Shown here: positions 22,076-35,859 of the stretch, one piece after another | Numbering within the stretch: position 1 is the first letter of the stretch | Layout: every line of letters starts with the position of its first letter | DNA from: Rhina ancylostomus | Lineage: Eukaryota | DNA length: 63,767 bases | Reading direction: 5' to 3' | Assembly (NCBI GenBank): GCA_030265395.1 | Contig: JARFYF010000112.1 | Span: forward strand, 36,587,729 to 36,651,495 | Made by a program: the position numbers and the translations under genes | The notes under the pieces: model-generated | Told to the model about the DNA's origin: nothing | The model's input: the letters and a program-made list of their open reading frames with translations, nothing else | Database searches by the model: none

Positions 22076-24469
22076 ACTAGGAAATAGATATACAGAGAGT
22101 TTTAGGGATTAAGACAGAGGGAGAAAGAAAAAGAGGGTCAGAAAGGAAGTGGCAGAGAGCCAATTAACTGTTGTCCAGGGTAGCCAGTATTTTTTTCCTG
22201 ATCACCTTAAGTCAATGGAACTATTTTCAAGTCTTGCCTCCTTTTCCCTCTCTGGGAAAGAAACACAGTCCCTTCCTTTCAGATTTTAAATTTCATTTCC
22301 TCTCTAACCCTTGAGCAGGTGGGCAATGGGGTTAGAAGTTTCTGGAGTTTAGTAAATTGACTAAAGGAGTAAATTAGTTTGGAAATCAGAGAATAGCCAA
22401 GTCTGAAGACCCTATCAATAACAGTCAGCAGTTTTACATGTCAAATATTTCTCCTCTGTACATGAAATTTAGCAAGCAGCAGCTTTATTCGTCGGGTATA
22501 TTGGCAAAGCTGTAAGGCAGTAAATCCAAATAGATTTTGTGCCTTGCATTTTAGAATCCACCCATTTTAAAAATCTGATTTAAGTTTCACCCCACCAACT
22601 TCTGCTTTAGGCTTTTGAGAAACATGAAGTAAAATAGGATCATTAGTATAAATGGCTTTCCATCTATTTCCATACCATTGAGAAGGAAATTCAAAGGCTG
22701 TAATAAGGTTTCCAACAATGGGTGCTCATTTTACTGGAGGTTTCATTGCATGACTCCAGCCAAACATATCTTTCTCCCCATCTCTGAGGTTTTGAAATTT
22801 ACCATATAAAAAAAGAGTCACAGAATGCTTAAAGTCGCACTGACATTTGTTAAGTTTCTCTGATGTTCCACCTGACTGTCATTCACAGCAGTGTCCTGGA
22901 GAATTCCTTCAATTCCTGAGAATTTGAGGATGATCCCAGCTCCCAGCTGAAATCCCAGCTCCCAGATGCAATCCCAGCTCCAGCTCCTGCAAAACAATTG
23001 GCATCTGTCTCATGTTTCTGGACAATTTGCTTTAAATCCCTATTTTTCCCCCATTCTCCTGTAGCATTACCGGGAGAGGCAGTGGAGTTATCCACAATGG
23101 CCATGGCAGAATATCCCTCAATCAACATCACTGAAGCTGTTTGTCCAGCCTGATTATGGGATCTTGCTCTGCCAAGATAAGCAACTGTGTCTATTGAACC
23201 ACAACAGTGACCACACCTCTAAGGTACTGCAGAGTGCTTTGGGATGTCTTGACATGGAACAAAGCATGGAGCTCATAGAGGAGCATCCAAATAGGAAAGT
23301 GCATGGTGATAGGTTGAATCTTCCAGTGACTGGGGAGTCACAAGAGCTTGCTAGACCTCGCTTTCACACGGTGCTGTTTGCTCCAGAATAGGCCGAGGTT
23401 CAGTCTCCAAAGGGAGCTTGCTCCCTGTTGGTTGGCCATTTCTGACATGAAGCAGATGGTTCCACCACGAGCTGGTGAGACCACATTCCCAAGCTCACTA
23501 CCTGCCACAGCTGTCAAATAGCAGCAGCACTAATCAACAAAGGATAGGCAGTGAAACTGCTGGGAGTGGACTGCTAACGGAACAGTCAGCTCCCCAAATT
23601 CCATTAATGTTAGACGGTCTTATGGAAAAGTTATGGAAAACAAATACCACAGATGTTGGGATTGGAAACAAAATGCTGGAAGTCTCATCCAGTCAAGCAG
23701 CTGTGAAAAGCGAAACTGGTTAATGTTACTTTAACTAGTTTTTCTTCCCACAGATGCTAATTGGACAATTTCATTGATTAAAAATGGACTCCAACACAAA
23801 GAATGGAGGGTTGCAGGGTAGATGCAGGAAAATGGCTTTGCAAAATGTTAGATCATTGGTGAACCTGTTGGATGACAGCACAAGCTCAAGGAGTTGAATG
23901 GCCTACTCCTTCTGGTCTTACACATGAAGGAGTATGAGGAATGGAACCGATTCACCTCTTGTCTTCTTTTGCTGTAGGTAATTCGTCAAAGAGCTGGAGC
24001 ATAAAACAGAGTCTAACTGGGGGTATAATACCTCTGTTGTACATAGTCTTCCTAAACATCAGTGGTATGGGGTTTCCTCTTACCTGTATCATCACAAACC
24101 ATCAGAACGATATCATGGACCTCAACAGAGCAACGTCAAACTTCCTGCTACCATTTCACATCCCTCTTGTAAATACTGAACTGAAAGAATTTGTTCTGAA
24201 TTTCCCCGTCAGATAAATTTATTTCTGCTGCTATTCATTCAAACTTTTTCATCACTTTAAATAGCCATTTAAATCACCTTTCAACCTTTCTAAAATGCAA
24301 CTAATAGAAATAAGCTGCTATAAATACCATGTGTTCCATTTAAAATGTACTCAGTTAACTTTGTGCTCCAGTCAGAAAATGCAAGCTTTCCTCCAAACCT
24401 CATCTTCATCAGCTAGGACCAACATTAGGTAAAGCAGTGTCTAATGTGTGTAAGTTCTACTCACTGAGG

Positions 24470-25010
24470 CATCTCCAGATATCCAGCTTGGTCTGGCAAC
24501 TGCTCTGTCCTAGATCGCGAGAAATTGCAGCGAGTTGTGAACACAGCCCAGACTACCATAAAAACCAACCTCCCCTCCATGGACTCTGTCTACACTTCCT
24601 GCTGCCTCAGGAAAGCAGCCAACATAATCAAAGGTCCATCCACCCCAGACATTCTTTCTTCTCTCCACTTCTATCAGGCAGAAGATACAAAAGCTTAAAA
24701 ACACGCACCATCAAGCTCAAGGACAGCTTCTACCACACTGTTATAAGACTAATGAACAGACCTCTCGTACAATAAAGATGAACTTCTGACTTCACAATCT
24801 ACCTCATCATGGCCCTTGCACCTTATTGTCTACCTGCACTGCACTTTCTCTGCAAGTGTAACTGCAACACTGTATTCTGCATTCTGTTATTGCTTCCCTT
24901 TGTACTACGTCAATGTACTTATATTTTGAAGTCACCTGTCTGGATGGCATGAAAAACAATATCTTTCACTGTACCTCAGTACAGGTGACAATAATAAACC
25001 AATTACTAAT
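24470..25010 (+). mobile_element. Rex1/Babar LINE 3' end
   Basis: HPRHSFFSPLLSGRRYKSLKTRTIKLKDSFY ORF C-terminus plus the same 3' UTR as 13590-14105. Confidence 0.8.
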
Positions 25011-25344
25011 TACACTTTGCAGCATTATAGAGCCACTTACCAGGAATAGGAGTCCTCTCCAAGTGCCCAGGAGTGTTCACCTGCTCCGCACTGTTCCCAT
25101 TGTCCGGGTTGGTCAACTCAGATCGGGGCTGCAGGATTACTCGGAGAAATGATCCTGGAGCACAAGCTGGCCACACTAGTGCTGAATGCAGAGCTCTCTA
25201 AAGAAAAGAGAATTGTGGAATAGGAATGGGATTAGAGAGCAGAGAGGCTGAAGTACGGCACCTCACACCTAACCTGGAATGCTGGTCTTCTTAGAGGACA
25301 AGCTGGGGAGTACTGACAGACACCCAGCTTCAGCAGAAGGCATA

Positions 25345-25925
25345 GGACCATGCAGCAAAGAAACAGACCCTTTGTCCCACCAGGTCTGTGTTAACCACCA
25401 GGCACCATTTACACTGATCCTACGCTAATCCATTATATTCTCCCCACATTCTCATCTTCTTCCCCAGATTTACCTGAAGGTGATTTGCAGCCTTATACCC
25501 CTTGTTGAAACAAGTGCTCATCCAAATGTTTCCCAGCTCTCGTCCTATGGGCAACTTATGGTGGCCAATCAACCTGAGAAGGTGGTGGAGGTAGATACTC
25601 TCACAACATTTAGGAAGCAGCTAGATAAGTACTTGAATCACCAAGGCATATTAGGCTACGGACCTACCTCTGGTAGATGAGATGGTTGGCAGAGACATAG
25701 TGGGTTGAAGAGCCTATTTCTATGCTGTATGCCTACATAACTCTGTAACCTACCTACCTGCACAACTCTGGGATTTGGGAGGAAACCAGAGCAACCAGAG
25801 GAAACCCGCAAGGTTCACAGGGAGAACATGCAAACTCCTTACAGACGGCACCAGAGGTCAGGATTGAACTCGGGTCACTGGAGCTGTGAGGCAGCAATTC
25901 TCCTGGCTGTGCCACTGTGCCACAC
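25345..25925 (-). mobile_element. V-SINE interrupted by an oppositely oriented CR1 tail (about 25575-25745)
   Basis: SINE tail at 25345-25572 and head/V domain at 25750-25925 flank ggtggtggaggtagatactctcacaacatttagg...ctatgctgtat. Confidence 0.7.
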
Positions 25926-26059
25926 AAATCCACCTCATACCCTGCAGAGAGGAGAATGAAGAGACTGACCACAGATTCCTTGGAAAACAATGGGGGAGAA
26001 GATCAGAAGGACCAAACAGGAGAGACCATAAGCCACTGAAAGCAGCAGCTCAGGATAAT

Positions 26060-27235
26060 GGCACTTAAAAGGCCATTTTAAAGAATGGGATATAAAGATT
26101 GAGTATTACTTGTTTTCAGGATCTGTTTGTTGAAGGAAATTTCGCAACGTTTGAACAATTGTCAACTAAATATAATTTGCCAAAATGTCACATTTTTCAA
26201 TATTTGCAAATTAGAGATTTTCTCCAATCTCAAGTACATACTTTCCCTATAAGTCCTGATAAGAACTTCCTAGGTGTAATTTTTAATTTGAAGCCTTTTT
26301 ATGATGGTTCAATATCTAAGATTTTGGTAGGTTATCAGGAACGAATAAGGTTCCTTTAGACAAAATTTAAAATACTTGGGAACAAGATATGCAGATTTCA
26401 ATTTCTGAGGAAACTTGGAATCAAATTTTTGAACTGGTTAATACCTCATCATTATGTGTGTGTCACTCCCTCCTTCAATTGAAAGTGGTCCATAGAGCTC
26501 ACCTGTCAAAAGTCAAGTTATCGCATTTCTATTCAAATATATCTCCTGACTGTGACAAATGCAATAATGGAGAGGCTTCTTTAATTCACATCTTTTGGTC
26601 ATGTCTGAGCCTGGAAAAATGCTGTATAGAGGTATTTCAAACCTGTTCTGTGCTTTTTAAAATAAATTTTAAGCCAAATCCTTTTACTGCATTATTTGGG
26701 ATTGTTGGAGAAAAAGATATAATTTTGGAGACTTCCGACTTACACATATTGTCCTTTATTTCTCTTATAGCCAGGAGTACTGTGTTGCTTAAATAGAAGG
26801 AAGTTACTCCCCCCACTCATGTTCAATGGCTCCGGGATGTTACGTCATATCTAAATTTCTAAATTTAGAGATGATCTGCTGTTCAATTTCCGTATCTAAT
26901 CTAGACTTTCAAATATTGTGGGGACCTTTTTGAACTACTTACAAAACCATTGATTTGGTGCTTAAAGTACAGATATTGGCTAATACTATTATGTCTTTAG
27001 GGCTTTTGTTTTGTCTTTTTTTAACCAAACAGCTTCGGTCTTCGGTTTAGATTCTTTTCATAATAAAATGATTCCAATTTATTAATATTAATTAGTTATC
27101 ATTTGTTTATCAATATGAGGTATTGTGATTTCAAGTGTGACTCAACACAATGTACTTTGTAATATTTTGTCTTCTTTTGATTCATGTACTTTTTATTTTC
27201 TAAGTGGAATCAACAAAATATATTGTAAAAGTAAA
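26060..27235 (+). mobile_element. L1-clade LINE ORF2 C-terminus and 3' UTR
   Basis: FEQLSTKYNLP...YLQIRDF and the CDKC...LIHIFWSC zinc knuckle, with stops and frameshifts; AT-rich 3' UTR. Confidence 0.85.
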
Positions 27236-27319
27236 GTAACTTGTAGTAATTTTTGTAACTTGTAACAAATTTCACAACATATGTCAGCATTAATAAACCT
27301 GATTCTGATATGATAAATA

Positions 27320-27580
27320 TCAGCCGGGATAGTGTGGGTTGAATCCCCTAATCCTCTTCAAAGTAATATAATGGGATTTTCTATGCCCACCTGAGAGGTT
27401 AGATGGACCCTTGGTTTAATATCTCATTGGAAAACCAGCATCTCTGACTGTGAAGGACTCCCAGTAATAATTGGAGAGTGTCATCTTAAACTTTTATGTT
27501 CAGGCCTCTGGTGTGGAACCTCAAGCCACAGCCTACTGACTCAGAGACATGAAATGCAACCTCCTGAGCCACAGATGACA
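27320..27580 (-). mobile_element. DeuSINE (SacSINE1-like)
   Basis: atgggattttctatgcccacctgagagg...cttggtttaatatctcat...tgactcagagac...ctgagccacag is the reverse complement of head plus Deu core. Confidence 0.7.
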
Positions 27581-27959
27581 AGATGTTTTGTACTTAATGG
27601 AAAGGATAGAGAATCATCTGGAGCCCCTTGGATCAACCCAGTAATCACCTTGACAGGAAGGACACAAACCTCCAGCATGGCATACCGAACAGCAAATAAT
27701 CTGGGCCATGGGAATATTAAAACAAAACAGTGTTGTTATACACATTCCCCATCCTCTTGGAATAGTGACTGGCAATGTGCTCCAATTTGCATAGAAAAAT
27801 CTGAAGAACCTCCAAGTGTTGCACTTAGTCTGAAGCTCCAACACAAACTCTCTTTCCTTATGATCTTGCTCTCAATCTTCCATTCAAAATGTTCAATCTT
27901 TCTCACCCACAACAGCAATCTCATTAGTTCGTTCAATCACACATCACTCAGTTTCCCTC

Positions 27960-28370
27960 GTTTTCGCTCCCTATGATGATTTCTCTCTCGCACTGCAGCT
28001 TTCACTCTCTCACAATCTCTCGCCTACTCTCTCACTTCTGACCATCTCGCTCTTTCTTTCTCTCTCCTCGCCCTCCTCATCATCTACTTACTCTTTCCCC
28101 TCACTTTTTCATTTTTCATTCACTTTTTCTCCTCATCTCTCTCACTTACCTTCGTCCTCACAACCTCTCATTTTCTCCTTTAATGGCATCCCCCATATTT
28201 TCTCAATCTTTCTCTCTCACCGTTTCTTTCACTTTCACAATTTCTGCCCCACTCCTGGTTTGCCTCAACCTCTTTATCTTCCTTAATTTTTCCTAACTCT
28301 TTGACTGTGTCAGTCTCTTACTCCCTCTCTCCCATTCAGGATCTTTGTCCTTCATTCTCACCTGCAGTTT
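27960..28370. repeat. CT-rich tract upstream of the CpG island
   Basis: Pyrimidine-rich low-complexity sequence. Confidence 0.8.
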
Positions 28371-28379
28371 CTCAGTCAG

Positions 28380-28487
28380 CCTCCGGGGGGGGCGCGGTTT
28401 TTGACGTAGCGCGGTCCGAAGCCCCGCCCCTGTCCGTGAGCGTGAACCGGAAGTTGCTGCTGAGCGCCGTGGCGGGGCAGCGCGGTG
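28380..28487 (+). promoter_or_regulatory. EARS2: EARS2 CpG-island promoter (TATA-less housekeeping type)
   Basis: The only CpG-dense region in the window. CRE-like TGACGT (28402-28407), GC box GCCCCGCCCC (28421-28430) and ETS/GABP ACCGGAAGT (28446-28454) lie just before the ATG. Confidence 0.85.
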
Positions 28488-28647
28488 ATGTGGCTGGGCG
28501 GGCTGTGCCGCCGTTGGCGGCTGCTGGGTTACCGACCCCGCGGCTTTGGGCCCGCGGCGGGGTGCAGGCCGGGCCTGTGCGGGCTGGCCTCCCGTGGGCA
28601 GGAGAGCGGGAGCGGGGTGAGGGTGCGATTCGGGCCGAGCCCCACAG
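28488..28647 (+). CDS. EARS2: Mitochondrial glutamyl-tRNA synthetase, coding exon 1
   Basis: MWLGGLCRRWRLLGYRPRGFGPAAGCRPGLCGLASRGQESGSGVRVRFGPSPT(G): an Arg-rich mitochondrial presequence followed by the GluRS VRVRF[A/G]PSPTG motif, ending at phase-1 donor CAG|gtaccc, where I recall vertebrate EARS2 exon 1 ends. Confidence 0.9.
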
Positions 28648-30111
28648 GTACCCGGGGTGTGGAGGGTGGCGACTGTCGCGGCTGCGGTGCGAATGTTTGA
28701 TGGATGTCACGCTGTCCAGACGTGCTGTGCCGCAATCCTTGTTCGCACTCTGACCCACTGTCCACATGGCATTTGTATCTGTGTGTAAACCTCGGCCAGG
28801 AATTCTGCTCCCTCACTCCACTTATTGCCCTATTCTCCTTCTCCCTGGTGCACCGCCCTCCCTGACCCTCTACCTCTCTTCCCCTTGCCCCGCACCTCTT
28901 CATTCTGCCTTCCTCATCGACCCCTATACGCTTTTTTTGATCTCAGCATCCGCATTTCCCTCAGCTGCTTCCCTTGCCTCCATGGTTTACTCCCCTCAAC
29001 TAACTTTTCTTGGTGATTCTATGTGGTACTGCTCTGTTTTCCTGTTAGCTTTCATTTTGCCTGTGTGCCATCTACTGCTTCCCTGCCAGGTGTTAAGCCT
29101 CAGTGGTAACTCCTTTAGAACACACCTGCTGAAATAAAATGGATGCAATTAACCATTACTGTCTGTCAACCTGCCTATTCCCTCAACGTGGCTCTCAGCT
29201 GCCAAGTTTTAAATCCAAATTGCATTGAGTTGAATGGAATAGGTTAGCCAACTAATTTATCCCTTCACTGAAAGATCAGGTGAAGACAGAAAACATATTT
29301 TCCCTCCTTGCACCTTGATCTGTCTGTGCTTGTTTACTGTGCCAGGATCTAGCTACACTGCAAAGATAACCCTCAGTTTTTTTACACTGCAAAGTTCCTT
29401 TTTAACATTTGCTACTCATCTCCACTGTTGCCACTGTGATTGTGAGTTTCTGGACAACTGTCTCAATTTTCTCAAAAAAAACAACTTTTGACTTTGTTCT
29501 TGCCAACCTCTGCCCCACCTTCAGTCTCCCATTCCTTTCCAAGGTATTGCTGTCACTCTGTCTGTGCTGATCTTTTTCAGAACTCCATGTTGAATCTCTC
29601 CAATCATATTTTCCTGCAGTCCTAGTACAGAATTGTATCTCATGTGACTGTCATATTACTCTATCCCTCCTCGTCCTTTGACATGGTCATCTATGCCCTC
29701 AGTTATCCTTGTGGATGGGGCAGCAATCATCTGGTTCCACCCTTATCCAGTCATAACTAGAGAATCAACTGCTTTGGCTTCTCTTACCATTATCTCTTGT
29801 GTCCCATAGAGGATCTCTCTTCAATCCCCTACTTAGCAATGTCATTCAAAAATATCTGACATCAGTATGTTGATGACACTTGCCCATCTCAGCCCCTCCG
29901 CAATTTCTAAATTATTGTGCTGCTCACCTGACGTGAGGCAATGCGAAGAGTTGTAGAGTGATACAGCATGGAAACAGGCACTTTGGGCCGGAGTGGCGAC
30001 CAACTGTTCCANNNNNNNNNNNNNNNNNNNNNNNNNNNNNNNNNNNNNNNNNNNNNNNNNNNNNNNNNNNNNNNNNNNNNNNNNNNNNNNNNNNNNNNNN
30101 NNNNNNNNNNN

Positions 30112-30497
30112 TGTCATATCTAAATTTAGAGAAGATCCGTTGCTCTATTTCTGGATCTATTCTGAACTTTCAAATATTATGGGGACCTATTTTGAACTAC
30201 TTTCAAAACCATTGAGTTGGTGCTTAAAGTACAGATATTGGCCAATGCTATTCTGTCTTTAGGGTGGGTTTTTTTGTCTTTTTTTACCAAACAGCTTTGC
30301 TTTTGGTAGTGGGATTAGATTTTTTTAATAATAAAATTATTCCAATTTATTAATATTAATTAGTTATTATATTTGTTAATTAATGTGAAGTATTGTGATT
30401 TCAAATGTGATTCAATACAATGTATTTTGTAACATTTTGTTTTTCCTTTGTTTCATGTACTTTGTATTTTTTTATTTGGAATTAATATTGAAAAAAA
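30112..30497 (+). mobile_element. L1 3' end (same family as 26060-27235), starting at a gap
   Basis: tcatatctaaatttagag...ggtgcttaaagtacagatattggc is shared with 26845-27235; ends in an A-tail. Confidence 0.85.
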
Positions 30498-31889
30498 GGC
30501 AAAGCCCTGGGATGCATTTCTAGGGAACTTCTTAAAAAAAATAAAGAATAAACAGTAAACTGGTTTAGAAGCTTGTTAGAACATGCACAATTAGTTCTGG
30601 TCTCCAAGTTATAGGAAGTAAATGGAACACTTGAGAGGATGAAAAGAACATTTACCAGAATAAAGCCAAAACATGGGGTGGGGTGTGAGGGGGGTGGGGG
30701 TGGTGTGGAGTCGAAGCTGAAACTGACAGGAAATATTGAACAGGGTGGTGATTTCTTTTCTAAAAAATGGGAAGAGTGTGGGGTGAAATGAAGACGTCTT
30801 TAAGATAACGAAAAGCTTTGGTAGGGTAAGTGTTGTGACAAAAGACTGCCTAAAAATTCATCCACTGTAAAAAGCACTTGAAGCACTATAAAGTAGCATC
30901 AATATCAATGAATTTAATAGAATGTATTTCAGAGGAAAAGGTCAATGTACTGACCAGGGATGAATTTCTAAGGAGATATTTTCATTGAAAACTAATAAAA
31001 AAGGTTGAAAAAGAAAGAGATGTTTTCAAATCAGCAAGGTCAAGGCAAAAGATCATGTAACAAGCTTTTAATTAATAATTTCAGTAGGTAAATTTGGAGC
31101 ACTATCTACACCCAGAGTAGTTAGAAGGCAGAACTCATCCAGCTGAGGCGAAAGACATAGAGTCCACTCAGATGAACCAAGACTGACACATGAGAAAGAG
31201 AGTTATAATGCAATTTATATGTTGATAGGATGGGTTGAAGAGGAGTGGGAGAAGGTACGTCTGGTGGATAGGAACCAGGATAGTTCTGTTGGGCTGAAAA
31301 ACTTGCTTCTGTCAACAGCTGGCCCCCTCCCTCCATTCTCTTTGTTTTATATCTGTGATTCTCTCATGTTTCCTATACCTGCCCATATGCCCTGGTCCAT
31401 TCTCCCCAAGGACGCATTCTCTGCTTCATTTCTTTCTGACTTCAGTTGATGAAAATTATCCCAATGCTTACTGCAGGACAGTGACAACACCACACACTGA
31501 TACCATTTATAACATAAACTGTTGGGGTAGAACTTATGTTGGACCAGGGAACCTGATTCCACAAGATCCTTATAAACATTTTGTAGCCATTGACTCAGCC
31601 TTCCTCAATGGTTCTTCCAAACAGTAGGAAAATATTCAGACTTAAAGATTTTTAACATACTAAAAAGTGATGTTACATTACTTCCCTAATTTCATGTCTT
31701 GCAAAAATTCTATTCCATGGATAAAGGCCAATTGCTACTTCCTCTCTGCTCCAGGGACTTGGGTTCAATGCCTGACCTAAAGAATCTTCTCCAGGTGCTT
31801 CAGAGGAAAGTAAGCAAGCAAAATTTGTGGCCGAGACACATTTTGAACAAGGGACAAGTTCGATCAAAGAGCTCAGTGCTAAGAAAAGA

Positions 31890-32250
31890 ACATAGAAGAC
31901 AGAACACAGAACAGTACAACATGGAAACAAACCCTTCGACCTACAGTGTCTGTGACGACTATGATCTGAATCCAAACTAACCCCATCTGCCTGCATTTGG
32001 TCTATATCCCTCCATTCCCTAACTGTTTCTGTGTCTGTCTAAATGCCTCTTAAACATTGCTATTCCAGATAGTAGTATGTATCTGGAATTCTCCTGGTAG
32101 CGCATTCCAGATACCAACTACTCCCTGTGTAAAAAACTTGCCTCGTAAATCTCCTATAAACTTTCCCCCTTTTTACCTTAAAGCTATGCCCTCCAGCATT
32201 TGATATTTTCTCCCTGGGAAAAAGACTGCATCTACCTTGCCTATGCCTGA
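31890..32250 (-). mobile_element. CR1 LINE 3' end
   Basis: catagaagacagaacacagaacagtac tail; ccttaaagctatgccctc...tccctgggaaaaagact. Confidence 0.75.
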
Positions 32251-32479
32251 AGAATTAAAAGAGCTGGGGAGGTGGAGAGACTGACTTGAGCAACTGACAT
32301 CAGCAGTGAAAGGCAGGGCCGCCAGTGGGACAATGCAAAGAGACCAGAAATGGAGAATTGTTGTGGTCCGAGTGTCAGAGAAGGAGAGGTGGCTGATGGT
32401 AGCTGGTGGTAACAACAAACAACTCAGTAGGAGCACAGACCATTTCTTTTTCTCATATTTTCTTACTACATTGAATAAG

Positions 32480-32930
32480 GTTATTCAAACATTGACTCCA
32501 TGCCAACTCTCGACCAGTCCTCTTTCCCCACAATTCCCCGGTAACTTATTCCCCCTCATATTCCCACCAATTTCCCCATTAATCTCCTTTCACTCACCTA
32601 CACACTCAGGGAAAATTATACCAGCCAAATAACCTAGTGAGCTGCACATCTTTGGGATGTGGGAGAAAACCGGAGCACCCGAGGGAAAACCACAGCATCA
32701 CAGGGAGTACGTGCACACTCCACACAAACAGCACCTGAGATCATGACTGAACTGTAAGTTGCTCCTAGTGTGTAGATGAGTGGCAAAAACTGGTGGGGAG
32801 TTGATGGGAACGTGGGGAGAATGGACTACAGGGAAGATTAGTGGAGGAATGCTTTTGCTTTGGGAACTGGCATAGATTTAATGGACTGAATGGCCTCATT
32901 TCCTGTCATTAGGAAATACGGAGATAGCAA
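32480..32930. mobile_element. Two V-SINE fragments in opposite orientation
   Basis: Minus copy at about 32480-32750 (tctttgggatgtgggagaaaaccggagcaccc); plus tail at about 32755-32930. Confidence 0.65.
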
Positions 32931-34534
32931 AGGTAGGCACTTTGATTGCTCAAGTAGGCACCTTGGTCAGCATTGATGAGCTGAGCTTAAGGGCCTGTTT
33001 CCATGCTGTATAACTCAATGACTCTGATGGACTGACCTCAGTAATCCAGCTGCATAAAACATCATCATTGGTGCCTTAAGACACCAACAAGCTCCTTAGC
33101 TATGTCGCACCTGACTCAACATTCACCACTGATCCCAACCCAGGCAGCCCTACACAGCACCCTGCAGGTAAGGTTCATTCTGCAATAGCTGCCCAATACA
33201 CTTCATCTAGTTCCTTACAGCACCTGACTAACTTGCTGTCAGTTCCTGTCAGTGAACAGCACACAGTGGCTGAGAGGAAAGTATTCACTCCTACCTGCCA
33301 CACTCCATCCCACCCATGTATCCCTGTCATGTATAGTGTTTGACAGATAATTGGGAACGATTCATTACTGGCTGAATCTGTACGGCCTGTGTACCCCCGG
33401 TGCTGACTCCTGACATTCGCTTGATATTGAGTGATATATTTAAAATTAGTTCAGAGTCTGTCAGATGTGTAATAGAAAATGAATAGGCCACACCTGAACT
33501 ATGTGATGTTGGTTCAAGTGCAGTCTTGGTAATAAAACACTTGGAGTGAAGGCAAATCTTACTGTCACTGGTAGTCTGACCGAGCACCTTACACCCGGAT
33601 CCAGGCATCTGATCCTCTGTCTCCCCTTCTGTCCTCCCTGGACCCCACTTCACACCCAGAGTAGCCGGTGTAGTGGTTATAACACTGGACTAAAACTCAG
33701 CTTTTTAAAAGATCCTGGAAAAATGCATCAGGTCTCATTAGAAGTCCCCACAAAGTTGCACGAATCTGTTAAAAACTAAAAACTGATAGATCCGCCTTCC
33801 AGGGAAGGAAACCTGCCTTCTCACACAGATCCACACCAATGGAATCAGTTCCCAACTCCCCAATGAAGCACGGTGGGAGTTGCTTCCTACAACTCAGCAC
33901 TACTATGGTACTGGAATCACCACAAGAACCGCAGCAGCTGACAGACCTGCTGGCTACCACCATCTTGACATCACCCGGGGCCTCCCTGAGGCCCATATCC
34001 AAACACTGAGTGGAATGAACACACTCTCCAGAAGAAGGCACCCCAGCCCCATCTCAACCCAGAACAGAGACCCTCGCAGTCTGCAAAGATTAGCCCTCGA
34101 AGGGATTTCTTCCGTCTCTCAGGCTGACTTGTCCACTTGTGGATTCTGGCACATTATGGAGTTTACCTGGTTAATTGATCACTTTCCAGCAATGACCAGT
34201 TCTGGAAATCACTGTCCACTGACACGGTGTACCAGCTTCTAATATCTGAGCTGATNNNNNNNNNNACGCAGCGGGTTTTAAATGAGAAATAACAGAAAAC
34301 ACTGAAATCATTCAGGCAGCATCTGTGAAACAAGATCCGAATTAATCTTTCTGGCTGAAGACTCTGTCCAAGTTCCGATCTGAAATATTAACTGTTTCCC
34401 TTTGCACAGATATTGCCTGATACATTGAATGTTTTCAGCATTTCCTGTTTCTGTCAGATTTCCAGCACCTGATTTTTTTAAAATATGATTTTCCTTTGGA
34501 TTTAAAATGAGATTTTCTTTTCCCCTCACTTATT

Positions 34535-34815
34535 ACAACACAGAAGGAAGCCATTGAATCCACGCGAGTTCCCAAGAGAGCAATCCCGACAGTCTCATCC
34601 CACACCTCATTATTTCCCTGTACCCCTGCAACTTATTCTCTGTCACATGCTCATCAACCCCCTTTGGTTCTTTTGCCATTTACCAAAACTACAGGCTATG
34701 CACAGTAGCCAATTAACTTACCAGCCTGTCTTTAGGATGTGGGAGGAAAATGGAACACCCAGCAGGAACCCATGAAGTCACAGGGACAACGTACAAACTC
34801 CACACAGACAGCACC
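34535..34815 (-). mobile_element. V-SINE fragment
   Basis: tctttaggatgtgggaggaaaatggaacaccc...acaaactccacacagacagcacc. Confidence 0.7.
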
Positions 34816-35831
34816 CGTGATCATGGGTATCAATTTCATGTAGTGGGGCAAAAAGATCCCTCTGAAATTCTGTCAGTGTCAACATTCTTACCCTGACCAA
34901 TTCAAGGCCCACTTGAGGACTGAAAGGACATTTAGTCCCATACACCGTAAATTTTCCTTCAATTGTTTTCTCCCTCAAAAGTTCACTCTGCTGCAGGTAA
35001 GATGTCCCAGAAATCTTGTTATCCTCCAGTTGACCAGTATTCATACACAAGCCTGGGCACAGTCACTGGAATAGTCATGTCAGGGAGGATTCTCAGGATA
35101 ACACAGCTGGCTGAGATCGGGCTCCACCATTCACTAGCACACTGCTGAAGTGAACAGGAGCTGAGAGCCTGGCTAATTATTATTCCAACCATATGGTCCC
35201 ACTGCACCAGATCCATGTCCAAGTAACAAATGCAAGCCAGAGATTAAGAAAAGGAGCCAATGCAATTGGGAAGTTCAGGAGTATGGGTGAATGGAACTCA
35301 ATGTGAATTACAATATGGACAACATAAATTCAGATGAGCTCATGCTTGTGCAAGAAAGAAAGAGGCAAGCTGGCTGTATATTAGAATAGTAGGTACCTCT
35401 GGTGTGGTTTAGAGTTTCAGCAGTAAACAGGCTGAAGCATGAACAGAATTAGACAGCAGCTGAGCTGGAAATAGATGGCTTTAGTGATGGCAGATGTCTG
35501 TGGTCAAATCAAGGGCTTGAATAGTCTGGGAAACCTCACAGTTTGCAAAGAGATGGAGTCAGTGGCAAGGGAACAGGGTTTGTAACAAAACCAAAAATGG
35601 CAGATTCAGTGTTCCCACTTTTTGGATGAAGAATTTTTGGCCAGTTGATTAATAGATAGACAAACAATTTAGAAGCCCTGGAGAGGTTGAGAGAGGTGAA
35701 GGTGAAGCTGGTGCTGGGTTCTTCACTGTACAATTCCTACAGAGATGGGCATGCATGTTACAATACTTAGAGCAGAGAAAACTGTGTACTAATAAAGTCA
35801 GTTACTAACTATACAAATTAGAAACACTTAC

Positions 35832-35859
35832 CATGCCTTTGCTTAAGAGGAAGAGTGCT
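35832..35859 (-). CDS. MAU2: MAU2 (Scc4 cohesin loader) internal 28-nt exon
   Basis: cttctcttgcag|A GCA CTC TTC CTC TTA AGC AAA GGC ATG|gtaagt encodes (R)ALFLLSKGM and continues in phase from the 95-nt exon. Confidence 0.92.

Noticed and set aside
28624-28647. RFGPSPTG instead of RFAPSPTG as a sign of pseudogenisation
   Set aside because: The change is conservative, I recall it (unverified) in other vertebrate EARS2 proteins, and the promoter, presequence and donor are intact.
34982-34996. 15-nt plus-strand micro-exon with strong donor CAG|GTAAGA
   Set aside because: The acceptor is a weak AAG, inclusion would insert 5 aa just before the EARS2 HIGH-like motif, and the contig may not belong here.
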